Positions 1-10,869 of a stretch of DNA of 64,000 nt are shown here, in pieces. Origin of the DNA: Candidatus Moraniibacteriota bacterium (GTDB taxonomy: Bacteria; Patescibacteriota; Minisyncoccia; Moranbacterales; GCA-2747515); contig CP175956.1 in assembly GCA_046116545.1 (NCBI GenBank), forward strand, positions 513,734 to 577,733, in the 5' to 3' direction. The notes below the pieces were generated by a model. That model ran no database searches. It saw only the letters and a program-made list of their open reading frames with translations, and was not told where the DNA came from. The translations under genes were made by a program, and so were the position numbers. Numbering within the stretch: position 1 is the first letter of the stretch; each line of letters opens with the position of its first letter.

Positions 1-600
1 ACAATCAGTTGCTCGTTGACACAAGTCAACATCTTCAAAATACAAAAAAAAGTCTTCATCAAAACCATTTAAGTCTCGTACAAATTTTGTAGTAGAAAAC
101 ATAGCAGCACCACTGACCCAGTCGGTAGTTATTATATCAGTAGATAACCATTTTTTTGTACATAAATTAAAATTATTTTTTAATGTTTGTTGTAGTGTTA
201 TTTTTTCACCAACTGACCAAGGCTCAGGTTGATTTTTTGTAGTTAAAATTTTTGGAGATACTATGGTATTAGAATTTTCCAGATATGTTGTAATTTTTGA
301 TAGATTTTTACAAAATTTTAAAGTGTCTGGATTTAAGAAACAAATAAATTTTGTAGTAACTTCATTCAATCCTATGTTACAAGCAGAGCCATAGCCAATG
401 TTTTTATTTATTTCGATAACTTTTTGATTTTTGAAATTGTGTTGAGATAAGCACACTGGTTTTTTGTCATTATTTACAATAATAACTTCAAATGAGGAAG
501 CATAATTAATTTTGCTTAAATCAGTTAAGCAAATGTTTAATTCGGTAGAGCTATTGTAGTTTACGATAATAAAGGTAATCGTATTATTTTCTTTTTTCAT
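1..600 (-). CDS. Glycosyltransferase family 2 (partial, runs off the window start)
   Basis: Not in ORF track. Read manually from ATG at 600: MKKENNTITFIIVNYNSS...FLNPD...WVSGAAMF...GFDEDFFLYFEDVDLC (GT2 motifs). Overlaps the end of the upstream GT2. Confidence 0.85.
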   Translation of the reverse strand, partial: MKKENNTITFIIVNYNSSTELNICLTDLSKINYASSFEVIIVNNDKKPVCLSQHNFKNQKVIEINKNIGYGSACNIGLNEVTTKFICFLNPDTLKFCKNLSKITTYLENSNTIVSPKILTTKNQPEPWSVGEKITLQQTLKNNFNLCTKKWLSTDIITTDWVSGAAMFSTTKFVRDLNGFDEDFFLYFEDVDLCQRATDC

Positions 601-1414
601 AATTCATATATGCTTTATGTACCTGATCTGCTAATGGTTTGTTTTTTTTAAAATCATTATTATTTTTAAATTTACGCAGCGTAAAACGTAAATTAAACCA
701 TACTTTGGCAAGTCCGTGAGAATGTTTGTTGAAAAATAATAATCCAGATAAAACTAAAAAATATGTTTTTTGTGAATTTTCTGTTTCACTTAATTCTTTA
801 TGCCATGCATGAGCAGTTGAAATAATAGCTAATTTAAAACTAGCTTTATGAGCGCGTAATGAAAAATCAGCATCTTCATAATAAAGAAAGAATTGTTCAT
901 CAAAAAGACCTATTTTTTTAAATACATCTGGAGATACAGTCATGATGCAACCGCTGATGTAGTCAGTGGATTGTTTTTTGTGTGTTGCTCGTCCAGTGTA
1001 AAAAGAAATTTTCCCACCATCAAACCAAATAGAAGAAGATTTGTATTTATAGATTATTGGTGAAATTATGTCGGCAGTGCCATTTTGTATTGTGTCTGTA
1101 AGTGTTTTTATACAAGCCTTGTCTAAAATTGTATCAGGATTACAAAAAGTGACTGTAGCTGGATTTCGCTCAAGAGCGAATTTTGCACCAACATTAGCTC
1201 CAGCAGCAAAGCCTATGTTATGAGTGTTATAAATATAAGTAAGATTTGGGTATCTAGATTTGCAAAGTTCAAGGGAATTGTCTCTAGAGGCATTGTCGAC
1301 AATGATAATATTTACGACAACATTTTTGTTGCGCATAATACTATCAATACATTCGATGATATTGTTACCACCATTATAATTTACAATTATGAAGTAGTGT
1401 TTTTTTTGTTGCAT
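584..1414 (-). CDS. Glycosyltransferase family 2 (rhamnosyltransferase-like)
   Basis: IIVNYN, VDNAS, NIGFAAGAN, NPD, GLFDEQFFLYYEDADFS motifs. Confidence 0.9.
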   Translation of the reverse strand: MQQKKHYFIIVNYNGGNNIIECIDSIMRNKNVVVNIIIVDNASRDNSLELCKSRYPNLTYIYNTHNIGFAAGANVGAKFALERNPATVTFCNPDTILDKACIKTLTDTIQNGTADIISPIIYKYKSSSIWFDGGKISFYTGRATHKKQSTDYISGCIMTVSPDVFKKIGLFDEQFFLYYEDADFSLRAHKASFKLAIISTAHAWHKELSETENSQKTYFLVLSGLLFFNKHSHGLAKVWFNLRFTLRKFKNNNDFKKNKPLADQVHKAYMNYEKRK

Positions 1415-1419
1415 ATAAT

Positions 1420-2832
1420 TTATGATCTTTTTGGTAATATATGCATTATATCATTACGTGTGATAACGCGAAAGGTAAGAAGTAATATAGAATAGATTAT
1501 TATAGAAAATCCTGCATTTATAAAGGGTGAAAAAGGGAAAAACAGGTAAACTAATATCATAGAGGCACCAGCAAATAGTATGAATGGTAGTCGGATAGTT
1601 GTTATTTCATAAGAAGTGTATTTGATAGCTAAGAACATAGTTATTAAAAATACAAAAACTTCAGTAATTACAGATACTACAGCAGCTCCTGTATATGAAT
1701 ATATAGGAATTAATATTATATTGGCACCAATATTTAGGATTGCAGCAATAATTAGCGCAAACATTAATTTTTTTTGCAGAGAGCCAGCTATGAGTATGTT
1801 TGTAAACAAATGTCCAAAAAATATACTAGCAAGTGCAAAAACAAGTATTTGTAGTACAGGAGCTGAATTTTCAAAACCAGGTCCACCCACAATTGCTATA
1901 ATATCAGGAGCTAAAAATACAACACTAATAACTAAAGGAACAACAATAAGTGTAAACATTTTCAATATTATATTTGAGATTTTGATAAACTTCTTTTTAT
2001 CGGTGAATATATATCTAGAAAAAAGTGGAAACATAAGTCCTATTACCATTGCTGGAAAAAAAATAAGAGTTTCTATGATTTTATAGGCCGCACTATAAAT
2101 TCCTACGGCGCTAGTTGTTGTGAAAAATGATAAAAGAATTATATCAATTTTGAAGTATAAAAATGTAACAAAAGCACTTACACCCATTGGAGCCGATTCT
2201 TTCAAAAACAATTTCCAGTAGTCACTATCAAATTTAATGGATATTTTGGTATACTTTTTAGAAAGAAAAAATAACCAAATAAAATTCCAAAACATTGCAA
2301 TAAAAATTGCTACTAATGTGTAAACAAAGCTTAGTTTGTAGTTTATAATAATGAGTAATATTATTACCTGTATTACTTTTCCAGAAAGTTCAACTAATGC
2401 AACTCTATCCATTGCAATATGCTTTTGGAATAATCCATTTAAAAGACCGTAGCTAGACGAAAAAAGAAAAGCTCCAGAAGCAATCAGTATACCAACCTTT
2501 ATATCTTGTTCGTAAGGTAAAAACCAAACAAATAAAGCAGTAAAGAATAATATAGTTAGTGATATTATTAATCTTAATGTAAAAATTCTACTTAAAATCC
2601 AAGATTCATCAGAATTTTCACGTGATATTTTTCTTGTAGCTATTGAGTATAATCCAAAATCTCCAACAGCTGAAAAGAACGCAAAAAAGGCTAAAACAGT
2701 AGCATATTTACCAAAACCATCTGTGCCTAAATATCTAGTAAGCATTCCAATACCAAAGAGAGCCAAAGCAATTGATAATACTTTGGCTATCCCGTTTACA
2801 ATAATGTTATATGAAATCTTTTGTGCAAGCAT
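1420..2832 (-). CDS. Wzx-type polysaccharide flippase (MOP superfamily)
   Basis: Many TM helices; LTRYLG..GFG.Y, DFGL, KIDIILLS, VGIYSAAY motifs. Confidence 0.88.
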   Translation of the reverse strand: MLAQKISYNIIVNGIAKVLSIALALFGIGMLTRYLGTDGFGKYATVLAFFAFFSAVGDFGLYSIATRKISRENSDESWILSRIFTLRLIISLTILFFTALFVWFLPYEQDIKVGILIASGAFLFSSSYGLLNGLFQKHIAMDRVALVELSGKVIQVIILLIIINYKLSFVYTLVAIFIAMFWNFIWLFFLSKKYTKISIKFDSDYWKLFLKESAPMGVSAFVTFLYFKIDIILLSFFTTTSAVGIYSAAYKIIETLIFFPAMVIGLMFPLFSRYIFTDKKKFIKISNIILKMFTLIVVPLVISVVFLAPDIIAIVGGPGFENSAPVLQILVFALASIFFGHLFTNILIAGSLQKKLMFALIIAAILNIGANIILIPIYSYTGAAVVSVITEVFVFLITMFLAIKYTSYEITTIRLPFILFAGASMILVYLFFPFSPFINAGFSIIIYSILLLTFRVITRNDIMHILPKRS

Positions 2833-2837
2833 AGTTT

Positions 2838-3323
2838 TTATAATGAATCCATGATGCTTTTTGGTTTTATAATGACCTTGCGTTCTTCTCTTTCACCGAT
2901 ACTTTCTGTTTCAACTCTATCATCACTATCAACTGTCATGTGAACAATTCTCCTTTCGTAAGCATTCATAGGACGTAGTACAATAGGCTTTTTCTCTCCT
3001 GAGGCTTGATTTGCGGCATCCTTTGCAATATTAGCTATCATTCTATCCTTATCTTCTTTATAGCCGTTTATATCTATATTAACTCTATCAGAGTAGCCAT
3101 TTTTATAAAGAATTGATCGAAGTAAATGTTCAAAGGCATATAAATTAGATCCATGTTGTCCTATTAAGAACCGAGAGTCTGTTTTTGTTGTGATGAAACA
3201 TGTAATATTTTTTCTATCCGTTTTTGTGTCCAATTCTTCTTTTATAGAACAATCGGCATCAAAGTCCATTAATTTTAATATTTTATTTACACTACTTTCT
3301 ATTGTCTCGTGTGCATTATCCAT
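2838..3323 (-). CDS. jag: Jag/KhpB (EloR) KH + R3H RNA-binding protein, short form
   Basis: LIGQHG KH motif, PMNAYERRIVH R3H motif; position downstream of yidC. Confidence 0.88.
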   Translation of the reverse strand: MDNAHETIESSVNKILKLMDFDADCSIKEELDTKTDRKNITCFITTKTDSRFLIGQHGSNLYAFEHLLRSILYKNGYSDRVNIDINGYKEDKDRMIANIAKDAANQASGEKKPIVLRPMNAYERRIVHMTVDSDDRVETESIGEREERKVIIKPKSIMDSL

Positions 3324-3437
3324 AATAATTACGTTATATTAATTACTTGTCATTTCGACTGTAGCAATTTAATAATTTTTTTATTAAAGCTACAGTTGAA
3401 ATGACCGTGTGGATAATGTTTATTTGTAAATTTAAAA

Positions 3438-4202
3438 CTATTTTGTTTTTGATTTTATTTCTTTACTATTCATCTTTTCTTTATATATAATATACCATTG
3501 TTGAGCAATCATGAAAACAGTTGATGTCAACCAGTACAAGGCAAGTCCAGAAGGAAATTTAATACCAATGAATAATGTCATAATAGGAACTATGAATAGC
3601 ATTTGTTTTTGCATGATAGTTGCAAAATCAGGAGCATCATCCTTTTTAGCAACCTCAGCTTTTTTATCTTCATTTGCTGCAGTTTTAGCTTGCATCATTT
3701 TTAATTGGTAGAACTGTGCAGCAGCTGTAATAACAGCTAGTAGTATACTTGGTTCAGCAAGGTTCATAATTCCTAGGAACATTCCATTGATAACTTCAGG
3801 AACAGGAATAAAAGAATAAAGATTTTCAGCATGTATTGTTAAAGCATCATTTTCAGCAAGATTGATAATAACACGATACATTGTTATGAAAATAATCATT
3901 TGTATAATAAGCGGCAAACAACCAGCTGCAGGGTTTATTTTGTGTTCTTTATATAGGGCCATTGTTTTTTTTGATAACTGTTCCTTGTCATCTTTGTATT
4001 TTTTTTGTAATTCTTTAATTTTAGGTTGCAATTCTTGCATTTCCTTCTGTGATTCAATTTGTTTTTTTGATAAAGGAACAAGTAATAATTTTATAGCAAT
4101 TGTCATAACAATTATAGCAATTCCAAAATCACCAAAAATGTCATAAAGACCAATAAGTATATTGTAAATAGGTTGATATATAAGTATAAATAAGATTTCC
4201 AT
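3438..4202 (-). CDS. yidC: Membrane protein insertase YidC/Oxa1
   Basis: LQPKIKELQKKY, NPAAGCLPLIIQ, PSGLALYW motifs; canonical synteny. Confidence 0.95.
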   Translation of the reverse strand: MEILFILIYQPIYNILIGLYDIFGDFGIAIIVMTIAIKLLLVPLSKKQIESQKEMQELQPKIKELQKKYKDDKEQLSKKTMALYKEHKINPAAGCLPLIIQMIIFITMYRVIINLAENDALTIHAENLYSFIPVPEVINGMFLGIMNLAEPSILLAVITAAAQFYQLKMMQAKTAANEDKKAEVAKKDDAPDFATIMQKQMLFIVPIMTLFIGIKFPSGLALYWLTSTVFMIAQQWYIIYKEKMNSKEIKSKTK

Positions 4203-4219
4203 AAGTATAATTAGTAGTT

Positions 4220-4564
4220 TTAATTAGATAATAGGGATATGTCATGCAGCATTGTTACTAAAATCTCGTAAGCCTCCTTATATGTTAGCACTTTATCACG
4301 ATTTGTATAGGATATAATGATATCAAAGCCAGGCTTTATTTGAGGGTATAGTTCTGTCATAACAGATTGTAATATTCTACGTTGTCTATTTCTATTAACT
4401 GCTAGTAATGAGTGTTTTTTACCAACAATAAATCCTATTCTAGAGCACTTTTCATGATTCACTCTAAAAGACAACAACACGCCACTGTGAAAGTGACGTT
4501 TGCCATGTTTGAATACTCGTATAAAGTCTTTGTTGTGTCGAAGTCGTTTAGTTCTGCCCAACAT
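4220..4564 (-). CDS. rnpA: Ribonuclease P protein component
   Basis: RL....DF..VF..G, RIGFIVGKK, AVNRNR.RR motifs. Confidence 0.93.
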   Translation of the reverse strand: MLGRTKRLRHNKDFIRVFKHGKRHFHSGVLLSFRVNHEKCSRIGFIVGKKHSLLAVNRNRQRRILQSVMTELYPQIKPGFDIIISYTNRDKVLTYKEAYEILVTMLHDISLLSN

Positions 4565-4587
4565 GAAATTATATATATTATAGGTGT

Positions 4588-4722
4588 TTAAACAGAAAGT
4601 TTCGCACGACCTTTTTGTCGTCGTCTTTTCAAAACAAGCTGTCCAGATCGTGTCTGCATTCTTTTTAGAAATCCATGTACACGTTTCCGCTTACCTTTTT
4701 TAGGTTGGTATGTTCGCTTCAT
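4588..4722 (-). CDS. rpmH: 50S ribosomal protein L34
   Basis: Below ORF-track cutoff. Manual translation [44 protein letters not shown]. Confidence 0.97.
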   Translation of the reverse strand: MKRTYQPKKGKRKRVHGFLKRMQTRSGQLVLKRRRQKGRAKLSV

Positions 4723-5099
4723 AACCGAAATAGTCATTAATTAAATATCCCAATAATCATAGCACTACATTGAACAAAAGTCAATAAAATGAAGGTGATT
4801 GGCAAAATAATTGTTTATATATGAGTGCATGTTGTGTGGTCTATGATAAAGTTATTAACATATACGCAAGTTCCTGTTAATAACTTATCCACATGTTATT
4901 AACTAACTGTGGATAACTCAACACATTTTGTTTATTTGTAGATAAATGCTATAATCCTTTAAGAAGAAATTAACTATATATTTACTATGTATGCATGTAT
5001 AGCATGTGGATAACTAAAGTAAGGTCAACTTGGTGTGAAGTGTCTGGTACATTAAGTATTGTTAGAAGGATTTGTATTTAATTTAATTAGCAATTTAAA
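4723..5099. other. Replication origin oriC candidate / dnaA promoter region with DnaA boxes
   Basis: Perfect boxes TTATCCACA 4885-4893, TGTGGATAA 4908-4916 and 5005-5013; 1-mismatch TGTAGATAA 4937-4945; AT-rich; lies between divergent rpmH and dnaA. Confidence 0.85.
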
Positions 5100-6512
5100 G
5101 TGATGAATAATTCAGAATTGTGGCGTTCAGTTTTGGGGAACATTGAATTGTCTATATCAAAAGCAAATTTTAGCACTTGGTTTAAAAACACAGCAATTTT
5201 ATCTATTGAAAATAATCATGTTGTGGTGGGAGTGCCTAATGGTTTTGCAAAAGAATGGTTGGAGAATAAATATCAATCATATATACTTCAAGCCCTTCGC
5301 AAGGAAACACCAGAAATACATAGTATGAGTTGCGCTGTTTATAATCCGCAAGAGATAGATAATAAGGAAAAATCTAAAGAACAATCTGAGGGAGTTAAAA
5401 ATGACATACAATCTGAAACAAAGAAAATCTCTAGACAAGTTAGCATGCAAAATAATACGACTAGCTCTGATAATTTTACGAAAAATAATATAAGTTTAAA
5501 TTCTAGGTATACATTTGATAATTTCATAGTTGGTGAACACAATGAATTAGCAAAAGCGGCTTGTCATGCAGTTTGTGAAGATGTGGGTAGAATTTATAAT
5601 CCATTATTTATTTATGGAAAAGTGGGACTCGGTAAAACACATTTATTACAATCAATTGGAAACCATGTTCGAGCTGCAGATGCTTCAAAAAAAATTGTTT
5701 ACACAACATCGGAGAGATTTACAGCAGAACTTGTTAATTCTATTAAAAATAACAGAGCAGATAAATTTAAGGAAGAATATCAAAAAGTTGATTTACTTAT
5801 AATTGATGATGTTCAGTTTTTAGCAGGAAAAGAAAAAACACAACAAGAATTTTTTCATATTTTTAATTCTCTATATAACTTAAATAAGCAAATTGTAATT
5901 TCAAGCGACAGACCACCAAAATCTATAAGCACACTGGAAGATAGGTTGCGCTCACGATTTGAAGGAGGGATGATTGTTGATGTTAGTCAACCTGATTTAG
6001 AAACTCGTATCGCAATTCTACGTACCAAGGCTGTTGAAAGAGGTTTCTATCTAAGTGATGATGTATTGCGGTTTATGGCAGAAAATATTAAAAATAATAT
6101 TAGAGAATTGGAGGGAGCGTTAAATAGGGTTATGGCAATTTGTGAGTTATATAAAAAAGAGCCAACTCAGCAAATGGTGGAACAAGCGCTTAGTGAAATA
6201 ATAAAAAGTAATAAAAAAACAGGGGTTCAAAGTAAAAATGTACTGGAAGTAGTTTCAGAATTTTATGAAGTTGATAAAGAAGAGCTATTAAAAAAAGGAC
6301 GTAAAAAGGAAATTGTACGACCTCGTCAGATTGCAATGTATATTTTGCGAGAGGAGATGAACATGTCATATCCAGGGATTGGTAAATATTTTAGTGGACG
6401 TGATCACACAACAGCATTACATGCTGTTGAAAAAATAAAAAGGGAGATTAAAGAAGATGAAAAATTTAAAGATGAAGTTGGATTTTTGAGAGAAAAACTA
6501 TATACGGTATAA
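5100..6512 (+). CDS. dnaA: Chromosomal replication initiator DnaA
   Basis: YNPLFIYGKVGLGKTHL Walker A, LIIDDVQ, RLRSRF, NIRELEGAL, GRDHTT. Confidence 0.99.
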   Translation: MMNNSELWRSVLGNIELSISKANFSTWFKNTAILSIENNHVVVGVPNGFAKEWLENKYQSYILQALRKETPEIHSMSCAVYNPQEIDNKEKSKEQSEGVKNDIQSETKKISRQVSMQNNTTSSDNFTKNNISLNSRYTFDNFIVGEHNELAKAACHAVCEDVGRIYNPLFIYGKVGLGKTHLLQSIGNHVRAADASKKIVYTTSERFTAELVNSIKNNRADKFKEEYQKVDLLIIDDVQFLAGKEKTQQEFFHIFNSLYNLNKQIVISSDRPPKSISTLEDRLRSRFEGGMIVDVSQPDLETRIAILRTKAVERGFYLSDDVLRFMAENIKNNIRELEGALNRVMAICELYKKEPTQQMVEQALSEIIKSNKKTGVQSKNVLEVVSEFYEVDKEELLKKGRKKEIVRPRQIAMYILREEMNMSYPGIGKYFSGRDHTTALHAVEKIKREIKEDEKFKDEVGFLREKLYTV

Positions 6513-6551
6513 ATTAATTTGTCGGGGGATATAATCTTTTAATAAAAACTT

Positions 6552-7694
6552 ATGAAAGTAGTTTGCACATATGAAAATTTGAAGAATGCATTGCAAGAAA
6601 CAGAATTTGCAACAAGTAAAAGTGCTCAGTTATCTATTTTGAACAATATTTTAATAGAGACTGATGGAGGTCAGCTTTGTCTTTCGGCTACAAATTTGGA
6701 AATTGGAATTGTTAAAAAAATTCAAGCAAAAATTGATGAGCCAGGTAAAATTGTTGTATCCGCTAGTCTTCTGGGTAGTTTTTTAACAGCTTTAAGAGGA
6801 ACTGAGCATGTAAATATAAGTGTTGAAGGTCGTATTTTAACACTGGAAAGTGGAGCACATAAGGCAAAAATTAATGGTTATGATGTTGAGGACTTCCCGA
6901 TTATTCCTAGCAGCAATGAACAGGATATGATGGAATTATCATTACCTCAACTTAAAACAAGTATATCAAAGGTGTTAAACTTTACATCAAAAGCTGAGAC
7001 TAGGGTAGAGTTGACTGGTGTTTTCATGTCATTTGAAGAAGAATCGATTTGTTCTGTTGCAACAGATAGCTTTAGACTTGGGGAAATGTGTGTGCCATTT
7101 AAAGATTTGATAATTAATAAGGGAACAGGTAATGCTTTAACTGAAAATAATCAACAAATAATATTACCACAGCAATTGTGTGTATATATTAATAGACTCT
7201 CAGATGAACATAAGACAATTCAGTGTAGTATAGAGGAAAACCATTTGTTTTTAATTTGTGATGATCTATATATAACTGCGAGATTAATTGATGGAGCATA
7301 TCCTGACTATAAGCAAATTATACCAACTAGCTCAGTAACCAATGTAATTATAAAAAAAGATGCTTTATTGGAGGCTATGAAAGTGACAACTGTGTTTACA
7401 GGAAAAGAAAGCGGAGAAATACATTTTGATATAAATGAAGGAAAATTAAAAATCACAACAAGACAACAGGAAGTCGGTGAAAACACAACGGAATTAGATA
7501 TTGATTTAAAAGGGGATGCTCAAAATATTGTATTAAATCCTCGTTTTGTAATTGATGGTGTTGGTAAAATTGATGCCGAAAATATTAATATTGCAATAAA
7601 TGGAAATGCAGCGCCAGTTGTGTTTAGAGGTTTTGATAATGAGGAGCTTGATGAAAAGTATACTTATATAGTCATGCCAGTTAAGAGCGCATAA
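6552..7694 (+). CDS. dnaN: DNA polymerase III beta clamp
   Basis: ATNLEIGI, VATDSFRL, RLIDGAYPDY, YIVMPV; follows dnaA. Confidence 0.97.
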   Translation: MKVVCTYENLKNALQETEFATSKSAQLSILNNILIETDGGQLCLSATNLEIGIVKKIQAKIDEPGKIVVSASLLGSFLTALRGTEHVNISVEGRILTLESGAHKAKINGYDVEDFPIIPSSNEQDMMELSLPQLKTSISKVLNFTSKAETRVELTGVFMSFEEESICSVATDSFRLGEMCVPFKDLIINKGTGNALTENNQQIILPQQLCVYINRLSDEHKTIQCSIEENHLFLICDDLYITARLIDGAYPDYKQIIPTSSVTNVIIKKDALLEAMKVTTVFTGKESGEIHFDINEGKLKITTRQQEVGENTTELDIDLKGDAQNIVLNPRFVIDGVGKIDAENINIAINGNAAPVVFRGFDNEELDEKYTYIVMPVKSA

Positions 7695-7699
7695 TATAC

Positions 7700-8002
7700 A
7701 TGAAAAACATAACAGATTATATTGCAAGCAAGCAAAAGAAGGTCAAAAAACAGAGAAAAAATAATGTGGAAATAGATTCTCAGACAGTGATGCATCTATT
7801 TTCTTTATCTGTTCGAGATGAATATGGTAGACAAGGCGAAAAGAATATAGTGCCAAAATTTTATAAAAATGGCATTATATTTGTTAGTATACAAAATTCT
7901 ATTTGGGCTCAAGAGTTATGGATGAATAGGAGTTTGTTTGTAAAAAATTTAAATGAAAAAATTGGTCGTGATGTTGTGAAAAATATTAAAATAGCAACTT
8001 AA
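7700..8002 (+). CDS. DUF721/DciA-like protein
   Basis: 100 aa basic protein with G.IFVS..NSIWAQEL...R pattern; position after dnaN. Confidence 0.65.
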   Translation: MKNITDYIASKQKKVKKQRKNNVEIDSQTVMHLFSLSVRDEYGRQGEKNIVPKFYKNGIIFVSIQNSIWAQELWMNRSLFVKNLNEKIGRDVVKNIKIAT

Positions 8003-8017
8003 TTTGGAAGACTTGCT

Positions 8018-8055
8018 AAAAACCCACCCTATTTTTAAATATAGGGTGGGTTTTT
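8018..8055. terminator. Bidirectional intrinsic terminator
   Basis: AAAAACCCACCCTAT...ATAGGGTGGGTTTTT between convergent genes. Confidence 0.85.
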
Positions 8056-8082
8056 ATAATAGTATATGTTGTAATTTAAGAC

Positions 8083-10770
8083 TTAATAAGCTACATCAAC
8101 TGTATTTTTAGCAGAGGCTGTATTTCCAGCATCATCAGTTAATTTAACTTCTATTTCAAGCGTTGAATTATTCTGGTCTTCGGGTATTTTATATTTATAA
8201 GTAGAATCTTTTGATTCATGAACTTTTTTACCCTTAACCCAATACTCTATTTTATCGATGTCATATTCAGTTTCTGGAGTTACTTTTATCGTGAGTGTAT
8301 CAGATTCAACTTTGCTTGGAACTGACAATGATATTTTTGCAGTATATTTTTCAAAATCATCCTTCTCGCAATCATCAGGTTCTTCGTCAAATATTATTTT
8401 GTCATCTTCTTCTTTCTTGTAATATTTTAGTACAGCTTTTTCCCAGTTTTTATACTGAGGATCATCTTTAGGATCATCTGGTCGTTCTCCTTGTGGATCA
8501 TCTTTAATTACAAAATATAAAATATTATGAACATCAGCAAAAATTCGTCTTTTCTTTTTGCTATCTGGACAGTATTTATTTGCTTTACAATACTCATCGT
8601 CATCGTCAGGAAGTTCACATACTTCTATTTTGTCCATAGCAGGTAATTCTCCATCCAAGATATCTTTATCTGTTTTATTTTCATCTTTATCATATTTTGG
8701 AAATTCTTTTCCAGATATTTCTGGATAAGCTTCACGTATAAAATCACGGAATATGGGTCCAGAGGCATTAGCTCCCACACCACCACTATTCATGGAGGAA
8801 TTGTCATTATTGCCACTCCAGACTCCAACAGCAACTTCTGGAGTATATCCCATGGTCCAAGCATCTCGATTTTCATTAGTTGTACCAGTTTTAGCAGCAA
8901 CTGGCCTATCATCAAATTTAAGAGGATTATTTGCACCAAATGCATCAACTCTATACTTATTTGTAGAAAGTATGTGTGACAGCATTCCGACATATTTTTC
9001 ATCAACTATACGTTCACCCTCTGAATCAGTAGCTTCTTCAATGAGTTCACCATTTTTATCTTCTATCTTTAGAATGGATCTTTTAGTTTGGCGCACTCCA
9101 TTATTTGCAAATACAGAAAAGGCAGCCGTGTGATCAAGTAGTTTAACTTCGCCTCCACCAAGAACAAGTGAAAGTCCATATCTATCAGGATCATTCAAGC
9201 TTGTTATTCCAAGTTGTTTTGCAAATTCAATAACCTCTTTTGAATTTGCTAAGTAAAGAGTTTTTACAGCTGGTATATTTAGAGACATTCCAAGTGCTTC
9301 TTTCATTTTTAGAGGTCCCCGGAAGGTTCCATCATAATTTTGAGGACTATAATCATCTTCACCATTGCTAAAGTTTGTTTCAACATCATAAAGAATTGTT
9401 TCTGGTGTATAGCCTTTTTTAAATGCATAAATATAGGCATAAGGTTTAAATGATGAGCCTGGCTGTCTATCTCTTACAGAAACATTTACTTGTCCATCTA
9501 TTTCTTCATCAAAATAGTCTCTAGAGCCAACCATTGTCACTATGTCTCCATTCGAAGGATCAATAGCTGTTAGAGCAGAGTTTTCAGCGTTATATTTTTC
9601 TTTATTTTCAAAGGCTTTATCATGAACAATTCTTTCAGCTATCTGCTGTTTATCCCAATCAAGTGTTGTAATAACTGTTAAACCTTCTTTTTCCAAATAT
9701 TCATTTCCATACTTTTCTTCCAAAAAATCACGTACGTACATTACAAAATGGGGTGCTTTAATATTTTCTGTATTTTTAGTTAGTTTTGCAAAAACATCTT
9801 CTTTTTTTGCACTTTCAGCAGCCTCTGGGGAAATGTATCCAAGACTAACCATTTGATCCAAAGCGTATTCTTGGCGAGTTTTTAAGCGCTCTCTGTAGGA
9901 ACCATAAGGAGAATATTTTGAAGGTGCTTTTGGTAGGGAAGCTAAAATAGTCGCTTCATCTAGTGTGAGGTCTTTTGCATGTTTTCCGAAAAATGTTTGA
10001 GCAGCTGCTTCAATGCCATATGCATTTGAACCATATGGAATTTCATTTAGATACATGCCTATTATGTCATCTTTTGAAAATTTGAGTTCAATTTCAACGG
10101 CAAGTATTAATTCTTTTATTTTTCTAGAAAGGCTACGTTCATTTGTAAGGATGGAATTTTTTACAAACTGTTGCGTAATGGTAGAACCACCACGTCCGCC
10201 TCCAATGTTAAACACATTTGATAAAACAGCATTAGCAACACCTTTAACATCAAAACCAGGGTGATTATAAAAATTATGATCTTCTAGAGAGATTGTTGCT
10301 TGTTTTGCAACGAGTGGAATTTCATCATGAGGAATGATAGTTCGCTTTTCTTCACCATGAATATCATAAAGAAGTACAGTTCCAGTGCGGTCATAAATTT
10401 TTGTGCTTTCATCAATTGTGCGTGTATTAACTTTTCCTGGTTCAGGTAAATCTTTTGCAAAATAAGCAAAAATACCAATAGCAGCTAGTAGTCCAATAGC
10501 AAATAAAACAGCAAAAATTTTTGTAGCTAGTAATGCCCATTTCCTCCAACTATTTTCAGTGTTATTTTTTCTCTTGTTTTTCCTTTTCTTTTTTATCATA
10601 GAAGTTTGAGAAATATTAAGTTGCGTAGTATTTGGATAAACTTTAGATTGTTCTTTTTTGAATTTACCAAAAAACAATGCAGTTGATTTTTTGCATTTAG
10701 TTACTAATTTAGTTACCGAATTTACTCGAGGTTTTTTATCAAAATCACGAGGAGAATACATTTTTTTCAT
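8083..10770 (-). CDS. Bifunctional transglycosylase/transpeptidase (class A PBP, PBP1A family) with C-terminal Ig-like domain
   Basis: EDHNFY, GGSTITQQ, RKIKE (GT51); SSFK, SLN, KTGT (transpeptidase); N-terminal TM anchor. Confidence 0.95.
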   Translation of the reverse strand: MKKMYSPRDFDKKPRVNSVTKLVTKCKKSTALFFGKFKKEQSKVYPNTTQLNISQTSMIKKKRKNKRKNNTENSWRKWALLATKIFAVLFAIGLLAAIGIFAYFAKDLPEPGKVNTRTIDESTKIYDRTGTVLLYDIHGEEKRTIIPHDEIPLVAKQATISLEDHNFYNHPGFDVKGVANAVLSNVFNIGGGRGGSTITQQFVKNSILTNERSLSRKIKELILAVEIELKFSKDDIIGMYLNEIPYGSNAYGIEAAAQTFFGKHAKDLTLDEATILASLPKAPSKYSPYGSYRERLKTRQEYALDQMVSLGYISPEAAESAKKEDVFAKLTKNTENIKAPHFVMYVRDFLEEKYGNEYLEKEGLTVITTLDWDKQQIAERIVHDKAFENKEKYNAENSALTAIDPSNGDIVTMVGSRDYFDEEIDGQVNVSVRDRQPGSSFKPYAYIYAFKKGYTPETILYDVETNFSNGEDDYSPQNYDGTFRGPLKMKEALGMSLNIPAVKTLYLANSKEVIEFAKQLGITSLNDPDRYGLSLVLGGGEVKLLDHTAAFSVFANNGVRQTKRSILKIEDKNGELIEEATDSEGERIVDEKYVGMLSHILSTNKYRVDAFGANNPLKFDDRPVAAKTGTTNENRDAWTMGYTPEVAVGVWSGNNDNSSMNSGGVGANASGPIFRDFIREAYPEISGKEFPKYDKDENKTDKDILDGELPAMDKIEVCELPDDDDEYCKANKYCPDSKKKRRIFADVHNILYFVIKDDPQGERPDDPKDDPQYKNWEKAVLKYYKKEEDDKIIFDEEPDDCEKDDFEKYTAKISLSVPSKVESDTLTIKVTPETEYDIDKIEYWVKGKKVHESKDSTYKYKIPEDQNNSTLEIEVKLTDDAGNTASAKNTVDVAY

Positions 10771-10869
10771 ATACCTTTATAATACACTTTTTAATCGTTT
10801 CTGAAAAATGATTGCGTATAGTATATATGAAAAATATGTAAATGTACAGTAATTATTTTTTAAGAGTAT

